A stretch of DNA of 64,000 bases from Candidatus Hydrogenedentota bacterium (lineage in GTDB: Bacteria; Hydrogenedentota; Hydrogenedentia; Hydrogenedentales; SLHB01), in the NCBI GenBank assembly GCA_963745075.1, contig CAVUWV010000018.1:256001-320000 (forward strand). Reading direction: 5' to 3'. The translations under genes were made by a program, and so were the position numbers. The notes under the pieces are model-generated. The model did no database searches. It had not been told where the DNA came from and saw only the letters and a list, made by a program, of their open reading frames with translations. Below are positions 59,701 through 64,000 of the stretch, piece by piece. Numbering within the stretch: the first letter of the stretch is position 1; each line of letters starts with the position of its first letter.

Positions 59701-60817
59701 CCTGCAACACAAGCCGTTCGGTCCCATATCCTGGATTGATCCACTCCTGCTCGGCGGGCAAACCGTTAAAGGACGAGAACTGTGCGATCTGATAATTGAA
59801 CAAAACGTCAAATGTCTGGGTTCCCACGCCTTCCAATCCGGCGAAAGGACGGTGTTTCACACTTTCGGACGCTTCACGGCCGATTGCAGCGACGAGGTCG
59901 GGAAAGGTTGCGCCGGAACCGACCGCGATGGGTAGCGGGACGATGTCGATAAACAACCCCGCGGTCGAGCGATCCGTGTCCGATTCGCGGCCGTGGTGCG
60001 GCATTCCAATCACAAACCGCCGTTCCCCGGTAATACGAAGAAGAAAGACGGACAGCATCGCCGCGATGATGTTGAACAATGTGATGCGTTCGGTCCGGCA
60101 TTGAAATGTTTGCGACTGCGCGAGGGTGCGCAAACGATTCGACCGTTCGATCCCGAGCGGCCGCGACATGCGAAGAACCCGCGCCGGCATCGACGTGCCG
60201 GCTACCCCATAGAAACTGGGGGCGTCCGGTGCATCACGGAGCCGGTCCCGCCAGTACTCTGCACGCTCTTCCACGTTGGACGGTGACTCCGCGGTCCGGC
60301 GGCAAACGTATTCCCGGAAGAGCGGGCCGGGCTTGGAGGTCTCGGTAGCGTACGCTTGCGCAACGTGTTGAAACACGATGGCCGTAGACGTCGCGTCACA
60401 AATGATGTGGTGCTGATTCAAAAACCAGATGTAGAGATCTTCCGCAAGCCGCAACAATCCGGCATCAAAACAACAGCGCTCGATGTCCATGCAGCGCGAC
60501 ACGCGCTCGCCCACCCATTCCCGGGCGCATCGCTCGGGATCGGATTCGCCGGAGAAATCCACGACCGCGACGGCATAGGGGAACCGATCCAGCACGCGCT
60601 GAACCGGCGCACCGTCTCGCAGGGTAAAAACCGTGCGCAGCGCGTCACAATTGTCCACGGCCCGTTGAAACGCGTGTTGAAACCGCATGGCATCCACACG
60701 TTTGCGTAACGTGAACGTATGCGCCATATTGTAAAGGGGAGTGCCTTCGTGCAGCCGGTGGCCGGCCCAGAACAGCGCCTGCAACGGTGTCAGCGGATAT
60801 GCGTTTACAGATTCCAT
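56753..60817 (-). CDS. Single-module non-ribosomal peptide synthetase (C-A-T-TE)
   Basis: C: YPLTPLQ, HHIICDA; A: YTSGSTGVPK, YGPTE, LYRSGD, GFRIELGEI, NGKVDR; T: FFAIGGHSL; TE: GPYYLCGWSFG, IPGYH. Confidence 0.96.
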   Translation of the reverse strand: MESVNAYPLTPLQALFWAGHRLHEGTPLYNMAHTFTLRKRVDAMRFQHAFQRAVDNCDALRTVFTLRDGAPVQRVLDRFPYAVAVVDFSGESDPERCAREWVGERVSRCMDIERCCFDAGLLRLAEDLYIWFLNQHHIICDATSTAIVFQHVAQAYATETSKPGPLFREYVCRRTAESPSNVEERAEYWRDRLRDAPDAPSFYGVAGTSMPARVLRMSRPLGIERSNRLRTLAQSQTFQCRTERITLFNIIAAMLSVFLLRITGERRFVIGMPHHGRESDTDRSTAGLFIDIVPLPIAVGSGATFPDLVAAIGREASESVKHRPFAGLEGVGTQTFDVLFNYQIAQFSSFNGLPAEQEWINPGYGTERLVLQAHDFTQSGEISLYFDFDADVFDAARRDLAVQHFLRLLDCVLDEPETSVSALHVLTDADTRHILNDFNPPEIPLPQPALLPELFEEQACQSPNAPAVRYGEDRLTYAQLDRRANQLGRYLRDCGIGANVPVGLCLERSPNLIVGMLGILKAGGAYVPLDASYPAERLEMMARDAAFTVLVTQVSCVSGLPPFEGHVLCLDRDWNSIACKDDTPLTCPAGPDSLAYLMYTSGSTGVPKAVAVPHRAVVRLARHTNYITIDSADRVAQASNASFDAATFEVWGALLNGAELVGIPQDIALMPTALAETIAAGEISVLFLTTALFNQIVRIQPDAFRALRVLLFGGEACDPGAIRRVVEHGKPHHLLHVYGPTENTTFTTYYEVNEVAKDARTVPIGKPISNSYAHILSDDRLPAPAGVPGELYIGGPGLALGYHNQPELTAAAFVPDPYRSGARLYRSGDLARYLDDGAIEFVGRIDGQVKLRGFRIELGEIQAALNAHEDVRDSVVLLREDEPGEKRLVAYLVTGDGPMPDSGTLRGFLQRTLPDYMIPSVFVSVEAIPLDPNGKVDRRALPAPDATSVSAAFVAPRTPLEDEVAALWAEVLHLPRVGVEDRFFAIGGHSLLAVRIMAAVRDRYGVDVPLTRFFQNPTVAGMAALIQGERGEEPVAPDDTPFTLVPIQSHGTLPPLFCVATAGGVLFPYYNLAPLLGPDQPLFGLQDPALEGTRPNFESVEDLATHYVDVMQSRQPEGPYYLCGWSFGGTVAFEMARQLRERNEEVALLVIIDAMQAPPDLSVKGGIGKFLRIWLRRARIFILNTYHLKPYIIDGLYLVFRRGRKTAGHGPVSLRDYFRWAFTNVVFKHAGIANVVSKDNLLMMKLPAFRRIFKVLHANGEIWKQYVAKPFDGVVTLFRAEVQPPELVGNHTLGWGQVAGRGTDVHVIPGYHAEILGQGIRHCAEHLRQCLARSRSESEPVQNDHSETGPSNPI

Positions 60818-60962
60818 TTGAACTCGGAAATAACGACGAATTATGCCCCTGTGAAGCTCAGACCCATAGGCGCAAAGTATCCCGACGATTCACCAGCTTG
60901 TCAACTTTTCGTCGCGCGGGAGCCGGCGCGGCACGTTACGTAAAACCCATGGTCTATTGACG

Positions 60963-60991
60963 TTGTTCGGGATAGGACGGGATGTTATACT
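60963..60991 (+). promoter_or_regulatory. Putative extended -10 promoter of the PfkB gene
   Basis: TTGTTC-N17-TATACT with TGn extension. Confidence 0.5.
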
Positions 60992-61041
60992 CGCAGACGA
61001 CAGGTTGGAAGGAGGACTACGGTTGCAGGAAAGGTCCGTTC

Positions 61042-61998
61042 ATGGAGCTTGAACTAGTGTCGGTGGGCTTGGCCTGTGCGGAACGTCGTGGCCCGGCCTG
61101 TTGACGCCCTTCCCGAACGCGGAAAGTTGTCGTTGATACCCCAGTTAGAAATCCACCTCGGGGGCTTGGCCGGAGTGACGGCCGCCGTCTATTCGGCTCT
61201 CGGCGGCCGGGCCGCTTTCGTCGGAGCGTTGGGGTCGGATGGTTTTGGCGACTACGTGAGCGGTTCGCTGTCCAGTCGCGGGGTTGACGTTAGTCATGTG
61301 AAACGCGTCTCCGAACACGGTACGGCCGCGACGGTCGTACTCGTGAGCGACGATGGAGAACGGTCCTTCCTGCATCACGCGGGATGCAGTCAGTCGTTGG
61401 TCGAAGGGGACATTGATTTTGAGTTCGTCCGCCATGCCCGCCATATTCACTGGGGGGACCGGCGGTCACCGCCGGATTGGATGGCGCCCCGATGGCGCGC
61501 GTTTTGAAGAAGGCCAAGGATCTGGGTTTGACGACCTCGATGGACACGTGTTACGACGGTTCCGGCACGTGGCTCCCACGGATCGAACCGTCACTTCCGT
61601 TTTTAGATATTGTCATGTCAAGCCTGGAAGAGGCCCAGATGTATACCGGACGCGAGGAACCCGAAAACATTGCGGATTTCTATCGGGACTTCGGTCCGGA
61701 AACTGCAATGATCAAATTGGGCGAACAGGGGATGTTCGTCAAGGACAGCAACGGCGTGGTACGGCTGCCTGCGCACAACGTCGATGTCCGCGACACGACG
61801 GGAGCGGGCGACGCGTCGTGCAGTGGTTTTTTGTACGGATTCCTGCGGGGTTGGGACACCCAACGCAGCGCAGTCTTCGCGAACGCGATCGGGGGAATGA
61901 CTGTCCAGGCCATGGGCGGCTCCGAGGGGGTCCATTCATTGGATGATGTGCTCGCTTTCATGAAAACCAGCCGGGTCGAAGTTGAGGTAAGGTCTTGA
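61042..61998 (+). CDS. PfkB-family carbohydrate kinase, frameshifts near 61082 and 61455
   Basis: MELELVSVGLACA/DVV; VGALGSDGFG; DGERSF; IKLGEQG; DTTGAGDA. Confidence 0.88.
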
Positions 61999-62043
61999 AT
62001 GTTGTCGACCGCTTTCCGACGATAGCGGCGGATTGCAGGGGAG

Positions 62044-62337
62044 ATGATTTTGATGAAGAACATGGTGTGGGTCGCCGTGCTCGCGGCGTTTTCACTGGCG
62101 TGGTACGCGCAGGGTCAAGTATCACAATCGGAACTCGGGAATCCGGGCGCGCAGCCGCCTCGGCAAGCGCAGCCTGCTCCTCCCCAACCGGTTGTCGCGC
62201 CTCCGCCGCAACAACCGGCGCCCAAAGCCGCGCCAAGCACGCCTGAACCGGCGCCGGCGCACGAGGTGCACGATCGAAACCGGGTCCAGTCCGACAAACC
62301 CGTCGCGGCCTTCTGGACGGTCTTACCGGGGAGGTAA
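62044..62337 (+). CDS. Small secreted Pro/Gln-rich protein
   Basis: Signal peptide ending AQG, low-complexity body, C-terminal KPVAAFWTVLPGR. Confidence 0.7.
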   Translation: MILMKNMVWVAVLAAFSLAWYAQGQVSQSELGNPGAQPPRQAQPAPPQPVVAPPPQQPAPKAAPSTPEPAPAHEVHDRNRVQSDKPVAAFWTVLPGR

Positions 62338-62346
62338 TCGCGGGAT

Positions 62347-64000
62347 ATGAACTTTTTAGTCGGTCACCGGTATGCGCTTCTGGCAGGTATTGCCCTTGCC
62401 GTCGTTGCCGCAAGCTACGGACAGACCCCTTTTGAAAAACACGATGCCGATGCCGTGCTGCGGGACGCCGCGATCGATCGCACGCACGGTGTCCTCTACG
62501 CCACCGCATACGACCGCAGCGAAGTGTGGAAGATCGACCTGACGACCGGTACCCGCGTGGGTACTGTCTCAGTCGAGAAAGGCCCAACGGCGTTGGCTTT
62601 GTCTAGCGACGGAACCGTCCTGGCTTGCGTGAACCGGAGTGCCGGGTCTGTGTCGCTGATTCGAACGTCCGATTTCGGCATCGCGGCAGTCGTGCCATGC
62701 ACGGGAAGCGCGGATGACGTGAGTGCGCTCCCCGGGGGCGGGTTCGCGGTAGCCAATAGTTTCAACGACTCCGTCACGTTGATCGATCCCAAACATCCCG
62801 AATCCGTATCGGTTATCGAGGGAGTGTCCAGCGTTCCGAGTAGTGTCGCCGCATCCGAAGGATTTCTCGGCGTCACAACCCGGACCCCCGCGCAGTTGTT
62901 GCTGTATACGGGTGGATCCAAGACACCGGCCGCACACGTGGCGTTGCCGGCAAGCCCATTTGCGTTGTGTGCACTGCCGAACGATCGGTTCCTTGTTGCA
63001 ATGCGATCGGGAGTTACGATCGTCGAGGCGTCTGACGCGTCAACGGCCGCCCACCGGGGCTTGGACGTCTACGACGTCGCGTCCGATGGCGATCGCATTT
63101 ACATCCTAACGACCGGAGCCGTTCAGATCTGCGATAGGTCGCTGGCAATGAATCAGAGCGTCCCCGTCGGTGACGCGGCGCGAACGCTCGCCGCCGCACC
63201 GGGACTGGTGATCGCGCTGGCGCCGAAAGATCGTGCGTGGTTCTCGTCCGGCCAGGTTGCGATGCCCGAAAAGAAGGTGGCGGCCGTTGAGACACCAAAG
63301 CCGGAGCCGATGCCCGTTGCGCCCAAGGAAAACGTTGCACCACCTGCAGAACCTGCGGCGAAAACGCAGCCTGAAGTTGTAGAGGCGACGCCGGCGCCGG
63401 CGCCCGAGGTCAAACCCGGGCAGGCAAAATCACCCGAGCAACCGAAGCCCGAAATGACTCCCACGGCCCCTCAAGCGGAAGCCACGGAATCCAGGGTACC
63501 GAAGGCCGAGTCGACTACGCCGATGGCTACGCCCCGCGAGCCGCGGAAGAGCCGGATTCGCCGTGCCGAACCGGTAGCAACCGCGCAGCCGGAAACCGAG
63601 TCGCCTGAATCGCCGCGCCGGCCAGCCGCATCGCCGCTGGAAAGTGCAATCAATGAACCTACCGTCGGTGGCGCCACTACGGAAGGATTGGATCTGGGCA
63701 CAAGCGAAGGCGGCTTCACGCCCCCGGACTGGACGCAACCCTATCGTGACGTTCAGGCTGACAATGTTGAACTCCTCGATAACGGTAACATTACCATCGC
63801 AACCGGCAACGCGCGCCTGACCCTGGACACCATTCAATTCGCGGCGGACAAGGTCTTTATCGATCGGCGAACGGGACAGGTGGAGGCGACCGGCAACGTG
63901 GAGGTCGTTCAAGGCGAGTCGACGGCGTGGGCGGATTCCGTACTGTACACGGTTCCACTGGACGCCGAACTTGAGAATCCCCCCCCTCTCATGCCCGCCG
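62347..64000 (+). CDS. Secreted YncE/YVTN-like beta-propeller + Pro-rich linker + OstA/LptD-N domain protein (truncated by window end)
   Basis: Own translation of an open frame from ATG 62347: MNFLVGHRYALLAGIALAVVAASYG...VSVEKGPTALALSSDG...VANSFNDSVTLID; PEPMPVAP linker; QADNVELL...ATGNARL...ADKVFIDRRTGQVEATGNVEV. Confidence 0.8.
   Translation, partial: MNFLVGHRYALLAGIALAVVAASYGQTPFEKHDADAVLRDAAIDRTHGVLYATAYDRSEVWKIDLTTGTRVGTVSVEKGPTALALSSDGTVLACVNRSAGSVSLIRTSDFGIAAVVPCTGSADDVSALPGGGFAVANSFNDSVTLIDPKHPESVSVIEGVSSVPSSVAASEGFLGVTTRTPAQLLLYTGGSKTPAAHVALPASPFALCALPNDRFLVAMRSGVTIVEASDASTAAHRGLDVYDVASDGDRIYILTTGAVQICDRSLAMNQSVPVGDAARTLAAAPGLVIALAPKDRAWFSSGQVAMPEKKVAAVETPKPEPMPVAPKENVAPPAEPAAKTQPEVVEATPAPAPEVKPGQAKSPEQPKPEMTPTAPQAEATESRVPKAESTTPMATPREPRKSRIRRAEPVATAQPETESPESPRRPAASPLESAINEPTVGGATTEGLDLGTSEGGFTPPDWTQPYRDVQADNVELLDNGNITIATGNARLTLDTIQFAADKVFIDRRTGQVEATGNVEVVQGESTAWADSVLYTVPLDAELENPPPLMPA

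Overview
GC-rich bacterial chromosomal segment. The DUF1559-type prepilin-like gene and overall gene style suggest Candidatus Hydrogenedentota or a Planctomycetota-like lineage (inference only). Most of it is housekeeping: tRNA-Leu(CAA); a TolC/MacA/MacB-type tripartite exporter; the rimP-nusA-infB-DUF503-rbfA-nrnA-truB-ribF operon; ctpA-rph-rdgB-tsaC-rpiB-hslU-pgeF; hsp20-lon; polX; nth; aroA; rpsT; several c-di-GMP-related genes; and REP-like intergenic repeats. Seven single-base frameshifts, including one in nusA, look like sequencing or assembly errors. The most interesting signal is at 24439-25908: a small exported CxxC...RGPP leader protein (DUF2946/CruR-like) whose codons immediately after the RGPP motif are complementary to the Shine-Dalgarno of a downstream DUF1559 pilin-like gene. 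This is a candidate metal-sensing, ribosome-stalling switch controlling a pilin-like protein. Also notable: a stand-alone C-A-T-TE NRPS with an Ile-type specificity code, a beta-propeller/Pro-rich linker/OstA(LptD-N) fusion running off the window end, a set of degenerate c-di-GMP proteins, and an alpha/beta hydrolase that has lost its catalytic elbow by an in-frame deletion.
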